The position numbers and the translations under genes were made by a program. This document shows positions 1 through 8,799 of a DNA stretch of 64,000 bases, piece by piece (position 1 is the first letter of the stretch; every line of letters starts with the position of its first letter). Location of the stretch: assembly GCA_038204725.1 (NCBI GenBank), contig JBBRCQ010000010.1, positions 9,072 through 73,071 on the forward strand, read 5' to 3'. Source of the stretch: Bacteroidales bacterium. Its GTDB lineage: Bacteria > Bacteroidota > Bacteroidia > Bacteroidales > JACABE01. The notes under the pieces were generated by a model. It saw nothing but the letters and a program-made list of their open reading frames with translations. It was not told the origin of the DNA and did not search any database.

Positions 1-2
1 CT

Positions 3-1313
3 GCAAATTTTTTTCATACTAATTTTACATCCAAAGATTATTTAGAACAATTAATAGCTTCTAATGATCAATTCCCTGAGAATATTTCTATTTACATCCA
101 TATTCCATTCTGTCCGCAACGCTGTCATTTTTGTGGTTGTAATACTGTGATCGGACAAAAAAAATCAGTTGTAGAAAGATATACCGATGCAATTCAACAA
201 GAAATTAAAAATGTTTCATCTCATCTTGACCTTAAAAACCGTAAGGTAACTCAAATTCATTGGGGCGGAGGAACACCCAACTCTATTTCAATACATTTTA
301 TTGAAGCGATCATGCTATTGATTAAAGAAAAATTTATTATTGATCAACATGCTGAAATTGCTATTGAGTGTAGTCCTGCTTATCTCGATTATTCCCATAT
401 CGATCAACTGGCCGAAATGGGTTTTAACCGTATGAGTCTTGGAATTCAGGACTTCAGGGCAGATGTTCTTAATGCAGTAAATCGTCAGCAACCTAAACTA
501 CCTGTAAAAGATGTGGTTAATTATCTCCGTTCAAAAGGATTTACAGGAATTAATCTTGATTTTATTTATGGCTTACCATTACAGACTGTTGACAGTTTTA
601 AGGAAACCATGGAAAAAGCAATTGAGATCAAACCCGACAGAATTGTTACTTTTTCTTACGCGCATGTTCCATGGGTAAAAGAAGAACAACTGAAACTTGA
701 AAAAATTGGATTGCCTCAACCTAAAGAAAAAATGGAAATGCTGATCAATAATATTCAGCAATTACAGGATGCAGGCTATGAGGCCATTGGTATTGATCAT
801 TTCGCACATCCCGACGATCAATTGGCTAAAGCATTTAAAAACAAAAGATTGCACAGAAACTTTCAGGGCTATTGTACACTCGAAACAACAGGTCAGGTTT
901 ATGGTTTTGGTGCATCATCCATCAGTCAGCTGTGGGGCGCTTATGCACAAAACCAAAAAGGAATTATTCAATATATGGAAGCCATTGAGAAAGAAGGCTA
1001 CGCCATTGAACGAGGTTATGCTTTAAGTATAAAACAACAAATTGTACGATCGGTTATCAACAGCATCATGTGTAACGGACTGCTTATTTTTGAAGAAATA
1101 GCTACCCAATTTAAGATGACTGCTGACGAAATCAAAACCATTATCAATTATGATCCTAAAAAACTGACTCAATTTGAAAAAGATGAATTGATCAGTATCA
1201 GTGATGAAGGAATCAGAATAAGTGAAAATGGCCGAATGATAGGCCGTAACATAGCCATGGCTTTTGATCCTGATTTAAAACAAGGTGAAACCATTTACTC
1301 CAAAACAGTATGA
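3..1313 (+). CDS. hemN: Oxygen-independent coproporphyrinogen III oxidase (radical SAM, HemN type); 5' end runs off the window
   Basis: The ORF track starts at Met 147, but the same frame is open from nt 3 and encodes ...YIHIPFCPQRCHFCGC, with the CxxxCxxC radical-SAM motif at nt 111-134. It has a GGGTP motif and a HemN-like C-terminal region, and its stop overlaps the hemH start (ATGA). Confidence 0.9.
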   Translation, partial: ANFFHTNFTSKDYLEQLIASNDQFPENISIYIHIPFCPQRCHFCGCNTVIGQKKSVVERYTDAIQQEIKNVSSHLDLKNRKVTQIHWGGGTPNSISIHFIEAIMLLIKEKFIIDQHAEIAIECSPAYLDYSHIDQLAEMGFNRMSLGIQDFRADVLNAVNRQQPKLPVKDVVNYLRSKGFTGINLDFIYGLPLQTVDSFKETMEKAIEIKPDRIVTFSYAHVPWVKEEQLKLEKIGLPQPKEKMEMLINNIQQLQDAGYEAIGIDHFAHPDDQLAKAFKNKRLHRNFQGYCTLETTGQVYGFGASSISQLWGAYAQNQKGIIQYMEAIEKEGYAIERGYALSIKQQIVRSVINSIMCNGLLIFEEIATQFKMTADEIKTIINYDPKKLTQFEKDELISISDEGIRISENGRMIGRNIAMAFDPDLKQGETIYSKTV

Positions 1314-2236
1314 AAGGAGTATTGCTGATAGATATGGGAGGCGCAAACACTCCAAAGGAGCTAAAACTATTTTTAAGCAGAATGTTTAACGACCCATTTA
1401 TTTTACCATTTGGGAAATCAGTTCGGCATATCCTCTCTTTTATCATAAGCAATACCCGTTATAAAAAATCATGGAAGAAGTATGAATTAATTGGTGGTTC
1501 ACCCATTATTGATGCTACCCGACAAACAATGACTTCGCTTCAGCAACAATTAGGTGAGAAGTATACAGTTAAAATGGCATTTTCATATTCATCTCCACTT
1601 ATCAAAGAAAGTCTGAATTCATTTTTAATGGAAGGGATCAATGAAATAACTGTTATCCCACTTTATCCTCAGGCAAGCATTTCAACTACTTCCAGTGTTG
1701 AGAAAGATGTAAATGATGTAGTTTCCAAAAACATTGACCTTAAAGTAAAATTGGTGAAAGAATTTTATTACCGCGATACTTATGTGAATTATTGGTCAAA
1801 TCTTATTACAAATCATATCAAAATAAACAATTACACCCATCCCTACCTATTGTTCAGTGCACATTCTATCCCTCAATATTTAGCAGAAAAAGGAGATACT
1901 TATCCACAAACCATTGAGCAAAGTGCATTATTAATTGCAAAAAAAACAGGTTTAGCCTATCAATGTGCTTACCAATCCAAAATGACCGGAAAATGGATGG
2001 GTCCTGATACCAAAGAAAGTTTAAAAAAACTGGATGAAAGCGGAATAGATGAAATTGTGATCGTCCCCATTAGTTTCGTGAATGAAAATCTGGAAACAAT
2101 GTATGATCTTGACCATGACATATTGCCGTTTGCAAAAAACATACTGAATATCCAAAAAATATCCAGGGTAAAAATACCCGTTGCCGATACGCAATTTATA
2201 AATCTTTTAAGTGAAATCGTAACATTAAATAACTAA
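1310..2236 (+). CDS. hemH: Ferrochelatase
   Basis: 308 aa. N-terminus MKGVLLIDMGGANTPKELKLFLSRMFNDPFILPF and SAHSIP are typical ferrochelatase motifs. Translationally coupled to hemN. Confidence 0.9.
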   Translation: MKGVLLIDMGGANTPKELKLFLSRMFNDPFILPFGKSVRHILSFIISNTRYKKSWKKYELIGGSPIIDATRQTMTSLQQQLGEKYTVKMAFSYSSPLIKESLNSFLMEGINEITVIPLYPQASISTTSSVEKDVNDVVSKNIDLKVKLVKEFYYRDTYVNYWSNLITNHIKINNYTHPYLLFSAHSIPQYLAEKGDTYPQTIEQSALLIAKKTGLAYQCAYQSKMTGKWMGPDTKESLKKLDESGIDEIVIVPISFVNENLETMYDLDHDILPFAKNILNIQKISRVKIPVADTQFINLLSEIVTLNN

Positions 2237-2239
2237 AAA

Positions 2240-3607
2240 ATGAAAGATGTAATTATTATTGGAGCCGGCATTACAGGACTTGCCACGGCTCATCACCTTA
2301 AAAAAGCAGCAAAGAATTTTTTAGTATTGGAGCAATCTGATAAAGTGGGTGGTGTAATTAATTCAGTGCATGAAAATGGCTATATATACGAAGAAGGACC
2401 AAATTCAGGAGTGATAGGCAACGAAGAAGTCATTCATCTTTTTGAAGATCTCAAAGGAGAATGTGAATTGGAAGAAGCCAGTGAGAACAACAAAAAGCGG
2501 CTGATTTTAAAAAACGGGAAATGGGAAGCACTTCCCAATGGATTAAAAACAGCCATCACAACCCCATTATTTTCATTGAAAGATAAATTCAGGATTTTGG
2601 CAGAGCCTTTCCGTTCTAAAGGAACAAATCCGCACGAAACTTTGGCAGAGCTTGTAAAACGGAGAATGGGACAAAGCTTTCTTGATTTTGCTATTGATCC
2701 CTTTATATTAGGAGTATATGCAGGCGATCCAAATCGGTTGGTACCCAAATATGCCTTACCTAAACTTTACAATTTAGAACAGGATTACGGGAGCTTTATA
2801 AAAGGTACCATTAAAAAAAGCTTTATCAAAAAAACTGAAGAGGAAAAGAAAGTAACCAGAGGTGTGTTTTCTGTAAAAGGAGGCCTCTCCTTTCTAATTG
2901 AAGCCATTTATAAAAAAATAGAGTCAGCATCTGTTGTACTTGAATGTAAAAATATTGAGGTTAAACCTGAAAAAGATTACTTTATCGTTTCCTATATAAA
3001 CAAAGATGGCCAAACCATAGAAATTGAAACGAAAAAAGTGATTTCAACCATAGGAGCCTATCAAATAGATAAGATAGCACCCTTTATCCAAAAGGATGCT
3101 ATTAAAAAAATAAAAGCGCTTCATTACACAAAAGTAATCGAAGTGGTGATGGGCTTCGATCTGTGGGATGGTATACCACTCGATGCATTCGGTGGCTTAA
3201 TTCCTTTTAAAGAAAAAAGAGATTTATTGGGTGTATTGTTTATGTCGGCACTATTTAACGACAGAGCACCTAAAAACGGAGCTTTGTTTTCCATATTCCT
3301 TGGTGGTGTTCGCAGACCCGAAATTTTTGAGCTTCCGGATCATAAAATTAACGAAATGTTAGAGAGAGAGATGTGTGATTTAATGCAAATTAAGACGTAT
3401 CATCCTGATTTATTAAAAATCATTCGACACCAATGGGCGATTCCTCAGTATGAAGCAGATAGCGGTGAACGGTTTAAAACCATAACAGCTATTGAAAAAC
3501 AATATCCTGGATTTATTATTGGAGGAAATCTCAGAAATGGCATAGGTATGGCTGATCGGATTTTACAAGCCAAAATGCTTGCCGATGAAGTTTGCCATTC
3601 AATATAG
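2240..3607 (+). CDS. hemY: FAD-dependent protoporphyrinogen/coproporphyrinogen oxidase (HemY type)
   Basis: 455 aa. N-terminal dinucleotide fold VIIIGAGITGLATAH...LEQSDKVGG. Length and operon position match a HemY-type enzyme after hemN-hemH. Confidence 0.85.
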   Translation: MKDVIIIGAGITGLATAHHLKKAAKNFLVLEQSDKVGGVINSVHENGYIYEEGPNSGVIGNEEVIHLFEDLKGECELEEASENNKKRLILKNGKWEALPNGLKTAITTPLFSLKDKFRILAEPFRSKGTNPHETLAELVKRRMGQSFLDFAIDPFILGVYAGDPNRLVPKYALPKLYNLEQDYGSFIKGTIKKSFIKKTEEEKKVTRGVFSVKGGLSFLIEAIYKKIESASVVLECKNIEVKPEKDYFIVSYINKDGQTIEIETKKVISTIGAYQIDKIAPFIQKDAIKKIKALHYTKVIEVVMGFDLWDGIPLDAFGGLIPFKEKRDLLGVLFMSALFNDRAPKNGALFSIFLGGVRRPEIFELPDHKINEMLEREMCDLMQIKTYHPDLLKIIRHQWAIPQYEADSGERFKTITAIEKQYPGFIIGGNLRNGIGMADRILQAKMLADEVCHSI

Positions 3608-3637
3608 TTATAATATAAAAAATATTAATCCCAGCGT

Positions 3638-4099
3638 ATGATGCTTGATATAAACCATGAAGGAGGATTTTCTATATTCAAAATACTCCATACATTGATT
3701 AGTCTGACTTTCCTTGTAATTGCAATATGGCTTTTTATCCGCTCCTACAATGGAATCTATAATGATAAAGCATATACCCGTAAAGATAAACTTTTATCTT
3801 TTGGATTTATTATCAGTTTGTATTTACAATTGATATTCGGTCTGTTTCTATTTTCAAACATTGATTCTTATTCAGGTGTCAATTACTTAACAGAAGAAAA
3901 TTCAATGAAATTTCTTTCCAAAAGACTGTGGCCGGTCGAACATATTGTTTTAATGCTTTTTGCACTATTGATAGCGAACCTTGGATTAATCATCTCATTG
4001 AATACCAAATCAGATATCAACAAACACAAGCATACATTTATTTATTACGCTATCGCAATGTTGCTGATTTTTTATTCTCTGTTGGCAAATTTTTTATAA
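3638..4099 (+). CDS. Small 4-TM membrane protein with conserved-looking His in TM1 and TM3; function unknown
   Basis: 153 aa with four hydrophobic helices. His sits in FKILHTLISL (TM1) and WPVEHIVLM (TM3). Lies between the hem operon and the respiratory genes. Confidence 0.55.
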   Translation: MMLDINHEGGFSIFKILHTLISLTFLVIAIWLFIRSYNGIYNDKAYTRKDKLLSFGFIISLYLQLIFGLFLFSNIDSYSGVNYLTEENSMKFLSKRLWPVEHIVLMLFALLIANLGLIISLNTKSDINKHKHTFIYYAIAMLLIFYSLLANFL

Positions 4100-4331
4100 C
4101 ATTTACACTTTCCTGACTGAGAACTTTCTATTGTCAATTGATTGTTTGATGCAATTCTCAGAACAAAAAACAAAAATTTGTGTTTAACTTATTATTAAAT
4201 ACATTAACACTCTGTTTTTTTCCCAAAATTCAGATTAATCACATTTCAATCAATATAAAGGACTGAATTTATTATTTTAACAATTAGAATATTTTTTTTT
4301 AAAATAAAATATTTTTTTATTTAAATTATTT

Positions 4332-4339
4332 TATCTTTG
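4332..4339 (+). promoter_or_regulatory. Bacteroidota-type -7 promoter box (TATCTTTG)
   Basis: Matches TAnnTTTG about 40 bp upstream of the ATG at 4381, after a 280-bp AT-rich gap. Confidence 0.5.
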
Positions 4340-4380
4340 TAACAACATATTTCTGTGAGTTAACTTGAATCAATAGATAA

Positions 4381-5352
4381 ATGAGTACAGAAGAAGAAAT
4401 CCCAAAAAAGAAAACGAGGAGAGAGTTCCTGCAGGAAGCAGGACTTGTTGGTATTGGTGCAGTAGTGGCAGGATCAGCAATTTTTGCTGGTATACAATAC
4501 GATAGTAAAAAGACGAAGGGTGCCCGAATAAAAGTGCTCACAGCCGAAAATGAACTCCTCGAAATTGAAAAAAATGATACTACCAAAGTAATAAAATCCA
4601 AAAGCGAAAATCTCACAAAACTCCAAAGAGAAGGAAGAGAAGGAATTGCAGGTAAACGATGGGTAATGGTAATTGATCTTTCAAAATGCCAAAATGCACG
4701 AAAATGCATGGCTGCATGCCAAGGTGCACATCATCTCAGACCTGAACAATCCCATATGATGACACTGACAATGCAGGAATCAGTTCATATGCCTCCTTTT
4801 TATATGCCAAAACCTTGCCAGCATTGCGACAATCCTCCTTGCGTGGCTGTTTGTCCTGTAGATGCAACTTATAAACGTCCCGATGGAATTGTATTGATTG
4901 ATAACGAAAGATGTATAGGCTGCAGGTTTTGTATTGCAGCATGTCCATATAGTGCAAGAGTTTTAAATTGGTCAAAGCCTTTGCATGATGCCGAAGATAA
5001 AGATTTAACGTATAATGTAGAACTTAACATCCCTCAAAGGTTAGGGACTATCACCAAATGTTTGTTTAGTGCCGATAGATTAAGGGAAGGAAAATTACCC
5101 TATTGTGTGTCGGCCTGCCCCAATGGTGTTTTTTATTTTGGAGATGAAAATGAAGATGCTGTAACCAACGGAACTACTAAAGAAACAGTCAGATTTAAAA
5201 AACTACTGGAAGATAATGCCGGCTATCATTTAATGCCGGAGCTTGGGACACAACCAAGAGTGTATTACCTTCCGCCCAAAAACAGAACGATTCCATTTAA
5301 AGAAAGCGACAAACCAGATGCAAATGAGCATAATGAAAATAACAAAGTTTAA
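4381..5352 (+). CDS. Tat-exported iron-sulfur subunit (NrfC/PsrB/ActB-FeS-domain family)
   Basis: 323 aa. Twin-arginine motif TRREFLQEAG precedes a hydrophobic stretch. Four ferredoxin-type Cys groups: CQNARKCMAAC, CQHCDNPPCVAVCP, CIGCRFCIAACP and CLFS...CVSACP. Two of the groups each lack one Cys. Confidence 0.85.
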   Translation: MSTEEEIPKKKTRREFLQEAGLVGIGAVVAGSAIFAGIQYDSKKTKGARIKVLTAENELLEIEKNDTTKVIKSKSENLTKLQREGREGIAGKRWVMVIDLSKCQNARKCMAACQGAHHLRPEQSHMMTLTMQESVHMPPFYMPKPCQHCDNPPCVAVCPVDATYKRPDGIVLIDNERCIGCRFCIAACPYSARVLNWSKPLHDAEDKDLTYNVELNIPQRLGTITKCLFSADRLREGKLPYCVSACPNGVFYFGDENEDAVTNGTTKETVRFKKLLEDNAGYHLMPELGTQPRVYYLPPKNRTIPFKESDKPDANEHNENNKV

Positions 5353-5366
5353 CTGAACATTATTTT

Positions 5367-6674
5367 ATGATACAACCATTAAATACAGACAAAATTACTT
5401 CAGATTTGCTTAGACCCATCAGGTTGAATATAGGCTTTAAAATCTGGATGGGTTTTTTAGGAATTTCGTTGATTGTTTGTCTCTATGCCTATACCATACA
5501 ACTTAAAAACGGCTTAGGTGTTGCTGGCATAAGGGATTATGTTTCGTGGGGGATGTATCTTGCCAATTTTGTATTTTTTGTTGCAACCAGTTTAATAGGA
5601 ATGTTAATAAGTTCAGTGCTGGGACTTTTAGGCGCAAAATGGGCTGCACCACTGGCAAGAATTGCCGAAATTATTGCCCTTGCTTTTGCTGCTGTTGCAG
5701 GATTGGTCATCGTTTCGGATATGGGACGCCCCGAAAGGCTTTTATATGTTTTTTTCTATGGGCGAATTCAATCACCCATCGTTTGGGATGTTACGGTTGT
5801 ATCGGTATATGTATTAATTAGTGCATTATTTCTGTATTTACCATTAATTCCGGATCTGAAAATCTGTTACGAAAAATTGGATAAAATCCCGAAATTACAA
5901 AGAAATATTTATAAGACTTTATCAATCAACTGGAATGGTTCATTGGAACAAGTAAAAATCATCAAACAATCTACAAGAATATTAGCTATTTTAATTATAC
6001 CGGTTGCTTTAGCTATACATACTGTTACTTCATGGTTGTTTGCAAATACATCAAGAGCAGGCTGGGATTCCACTATTTTTGGTCCCTATTTCGTCATAGG
6101 TGCTTTTGTTGCAGGCTGTGCTGCTGTGATTATAGCCATGTATTTTTACAGACAAAATTTCAAATTACAGGATTACATCACTGATTTTCATTTCGACAAA
6201 ATGGGAAAACTTTTAGTATTGGTATCCCTGGTATACCTCTACTTTAATTTGAACGAATACATGGTACCCGGTTATAAAATGAAAAAATTCGAAGCCATCC
6301 ATCTTCATGAATTATTTGTCGGAAGACATGCATTTTTATTTTGGGGAGTCCAATTATTCGGTCTTGTTTTACCCATCCTCTTTTTACTTTTCAGAAAAAT
6401 GAGGAAACCATTTCCGATGCTCGTTATTGCTCTATTTGTAATTGTGGGTGCCTGGTTCAAAAGATATATCATCGTGATCCCAACACAAGAACATCCGTAT
6501 TTACCCATTCAAAATGTTCCGCTAAATTTCAAAATATACACGCCTACACTCATAGAAACACTTATTACCATTGCACCATTTATTCTAGTTCTTATCATTA
6601 TTACTATATTATCGAAACTGATTCCTGTAATACCAATACAGGAAACCATTGAACAAACCGAAGAAACTAAATAA
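5367..6674 (+). CDS. NrfD/PsrC-like integral membrane quinone-interacting subunit (long, about 10-TM type)
   Basis: 435 aa, polytopic. Follows the FeS gene after 14 bp, the canonical NrfC-NrfD pairing. Its size matches the ActC/DsrP-length members rather than 8-TM NrfD. Confidence 0.8.
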   Translation: MIQPLNTDKITSDLLRPIRLNIGFKIWMGFLGISLIVCLYAYTIQLKNGLGVAGIRDYVSWGMYLANFVFFVATSLIGMLISSVLGLLGAKWAAPLARIAEIIALAFAAVAGLVIVSDMGRPERLLYVFFYGRIQSPIVWDVTVVSVYVLISALFLYLPLIPDLKICYEKLDKIPKLQRNIYKTLSINWNGSLEQVKIIKQSTRILAILIIPVALAIHTVTSWLFANTSRAGWDSTIFGPYFVIGAFVAGCAAVIIAMYFYRQNFKLQDYITDFHFDKMGKLLVLVSLVYLYFNLNEYMVPGYKMKKFEAIHLHELFVGRHAFLFWGVQLFGLVLPILFLLFRKMRKPFPMLVIALFVIVGAWFKRYIIVIPTQEHPYLPIQNVPLNFKIYTPTLIETLITIAPFILVLIIITILSKLIPVIPIQETIEQTEETK

Positions 6675-6683
6675 TGAATAAAT

Positions 6684-7589
6684 ATGTTTAGAAAAAATAT
6701 TTACAAGAAGTTTTATTTATCTATTTTAATTACTTTTTTCTTTTTTGGACAGTTGTATGCTCAAAAATGGGATGTTACTGCTGATAAAAAAGCTAAAAAA
6801 AGTTTCATTAAATTTGACAAAAATACAGCAAAAGAAGGCGAAACAATTTATACCAAAAACTGCAAGACTTGTCATGGTAATCCAGGAAAAGGTGACTTTC
6901 TTATAACTTTAAAACCACATCCTGTTGATCTGGCAAGTTCAACTACACAGAAATATACAGATGGAGATTTGTTCTATATCATTTCCACTGGTAGACAAAT
7001 AATGCCATCCTTTAAAAATGTTTTATCTGAAGATGAAAGATGGAAAGTAATTTCTTTTATAAGGAGCTTTAACAAAACCTATATCCAGGTTCTTTCGTTG
7101 ACTGACCCAAACAAAAGCAAACTGGTAAATATTACAATGGATTTTGATTCTATTTCCAACAAGGTGAATGTGATGATCAAAGCCAATGAAAAAACAGGAG
7201 TTGTAAATTTAAAGGATGCTGAAGTGCTGTTATTTGTAAACAGATATTTTGGGAAAATGCAAATTGATAAAACCATTCGTACCAATAATGAAGGAAAAGT
7301 TACCTTTAGTTTTCCCAAAGACTTACCAGGAGATAAAACTGGAATGGTGGATTTAACAATAAAAGTAAATGACGATAATTACGGGGAAATAGAGTCTCAA
7401 AATAAATTAAAAATAGGAATACCTACAGATAAACCCGGTTTAAATGAAAAACGGGCAATATGGAATGTTGTTAACAAAGCACCTTTTTGGATCATCATAA
7501 CATTTACATCCATTCTTTTAGTGGTAATGTTTTTTTTAGGTTACATCTTATATAGTTTATTTAAAATAAGAAAAATTGGAGCTGTTTAA
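6684..7589 (+). CDS. Monohaem class-I cytochrome c with an extra beta-rich domain and a C-terminal TM anchor
   Basis: 301 aa. Signal peptide, one CKTCH, and a Met ligand context QIMPSF. C-terminal helix FWIIITFTSILLVVMFFLGYILYSLF. Confidence 0.8.
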   Translation: MFRKNIYKKFYLSILITFFFFGQLYAQKWDVTADKKAKKSFIKFDKNTAKEGETIYTKNCKTCHGNPGKGDFLITLKPHPVDLASSTTQKYTDGDLFYIISTGRQIMPSFKNVLSEDERWKVISFIRSFNKTYIQVLSLTDPNKSKLVNITMDFDSISNKVNVMIKANEKTGVVNLKDAEVLLFVNRYFGKMQIDKTIRTNNEGKVTFSFPKDLPGDKTGMVDLTIKVNDDNYGEIESQNKLKIGIPTDKPGLNEKRAIWNVVNKAPFWIIITFTSILLVVMFFLGYILYSLFKIRKIGAV

Positions 7590-7633
7590 AAATACAATAA
7601 TTACAATTTCAGTTATTAATTAAAACATAAAAA

Positions 7634-8017
7634 ATGAAAAATCTCGCTATTTTTGGTAGAATATTGTTTGCTATACCCTTTGGTATTATTGGGTTAAACC
7701 ATTTTTTGATGACCAATTTTTTTCTGGGTCAAATGTCTTCATTTATTCCCGGAGGAGCTTATACTGTTTTATTGACAGGCGCTTTATTAATATTGGCAAG
7801 TATTAGTATTCTCATTAATAAATTTATAAAAATTACATGTTTTAGCTTAGCAGGATTATTGCTTATTTTTATCATAACAATTCATATTCCTGGTTTATTT
7901 ACTGTAAACGCTGAATTTGCATTAATTGAACTGCTCAAAGATACCGGATTAATGGGAGGAGCCATTATGCTTGCAGTTTATTCAGATTTTTCAAAATATA
8001 AATCCATTAAAGAATAA
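7634..8017 (+). CDS. DoxX-family membrane protein
   Basis: 127 aa, 4 TM. The LNHF... pattern is typical of DoxX-like proteins. Confidence 0.6.
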   Translation: MKNLAIFGRILFAIPFGIIGLNHFLMTNFFLGQMSSFIPGGAYTVLLTGALLILASISILINKFIKITCFSLAGLLLIFIITIHIPGLFTVNAEFALIELLKDTGLMGGAIMLAVYSDFSKYKSIKE

Positions 8018-8021
8018 TGCT

Positions 8022-8792
8022 ATGAAAAAGAAACTCATTTTAATTTTTATTGCTTTTATCATTTTTATTCCATTTTCTAAAGCTCAGGTAGATCAATCTG
8101 ATGATGTTGGCATAATTGAACATCTCGGCAAATACATCCCTTTAGATTTGCAATTTGTCAACGATAAATCTGAAGCAGTAACCTTAAGACAACTCATCAA
8201 CAAACCTACCATTTTATCATTTGTCTATTTTGACTGCCCCGGTTTGTGTAGTCCATTATTAGAAGGAGTTGGAGATGTTATACAAAAAACAGACCTGGTA
8301 TTAGGTAAGGATTATCAAGTGATAACGATTAGTTTTAATTTCAGAGATACTCCTGAAAAAGCCAAAGCTAAAAAGGAAAAGTTTATTGACCGCTATTCTA
8401 AAGGGAAAGGCGATGGCTGGATATTTCTTACTACTGACAGTCTGACGATTTTTAAAATTACTGATGCTACTGGTTTTAAAACAAAAGCAGTAGGTCTTGA
8501 TTTCGTACATCCTTCTGCAATTATTGCCATAAGTCCACAAGGTATGATTACAAGATATCTTTATGGAATCACTTTCCTCCCCATTGACTTTAAAATGTCA
8601 ATTTATGAAGCCAACAAAGAGCAACCCAGACCAACTATTCAAAAAATATTATTGATGTGTTATAGTTACGATATCGATAATAAACGATTTGCTTTGGATA
8701 TTACAAAAGTTTCAGGGATAATAATCGTTTTTTTCCTCCTTGTATTTATAGTAGGATTTCTAATTAAAAGCAAAAAGAAAAAACAAATATAA
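8022..8792 (+). CDS. SCO1/SenC copper chaperone for cytochrome oxidase
   Basis: Thioredoxin-like CxxxC copper site FDCPGLCSP, a downstream His (DFVHPS), and a C-terminal TM. Start moved from 7971 to Met 8022 (MKKKLILIF signal-like), which removes the overlap with DoxX. Confidence 0.85.
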   Translation: MKKKLILIFIAFIIFIPFSKAQVDQSDDVGIIEHLGKYIPLDLQFVNDKSEAVTLRQLINKPTILSFVYFDCPGLCSPLLEGVGDVIQKTDLVLGKDYQVITISFNFRDTPEKAKAKKEKFIDRYSKGKGDGWIFLTTDSLTIFKITDATGFKTKAVGLDFVHPSAIIAISPQGMITRYLYGITFLPIDFKMSIYEANKEQPRPTIQKILLMCYSYDIDNKRFALDITKVSGIIIVFFLLVFIVGFLIKSKKKKQI

Positions 8793-8799
8793 AGCAACC

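Noticed and set aside
4326-4709. 127-aa minus-strand ORF opposite the start of the FeS gene
   Set aside because: It is antisense to a gene with a clear Tat signal and Fe-S motifs, and it spans the promoter region. It is a shadow ORF.
4381-6674. FeS/NrfD pair as NosG/NosH of a clade II nitrous-oxide reductase cluster, or as NrfCD or PsrBC
   Set aside because: There is no nosZ/nosDFY, nrfA or molybdopterin catalytic subunit gene in the window. The immediate context is SCO1 plus caa3 oxidase, so a quinol:cytochrome c role is more parsimonious. This remains unproven.
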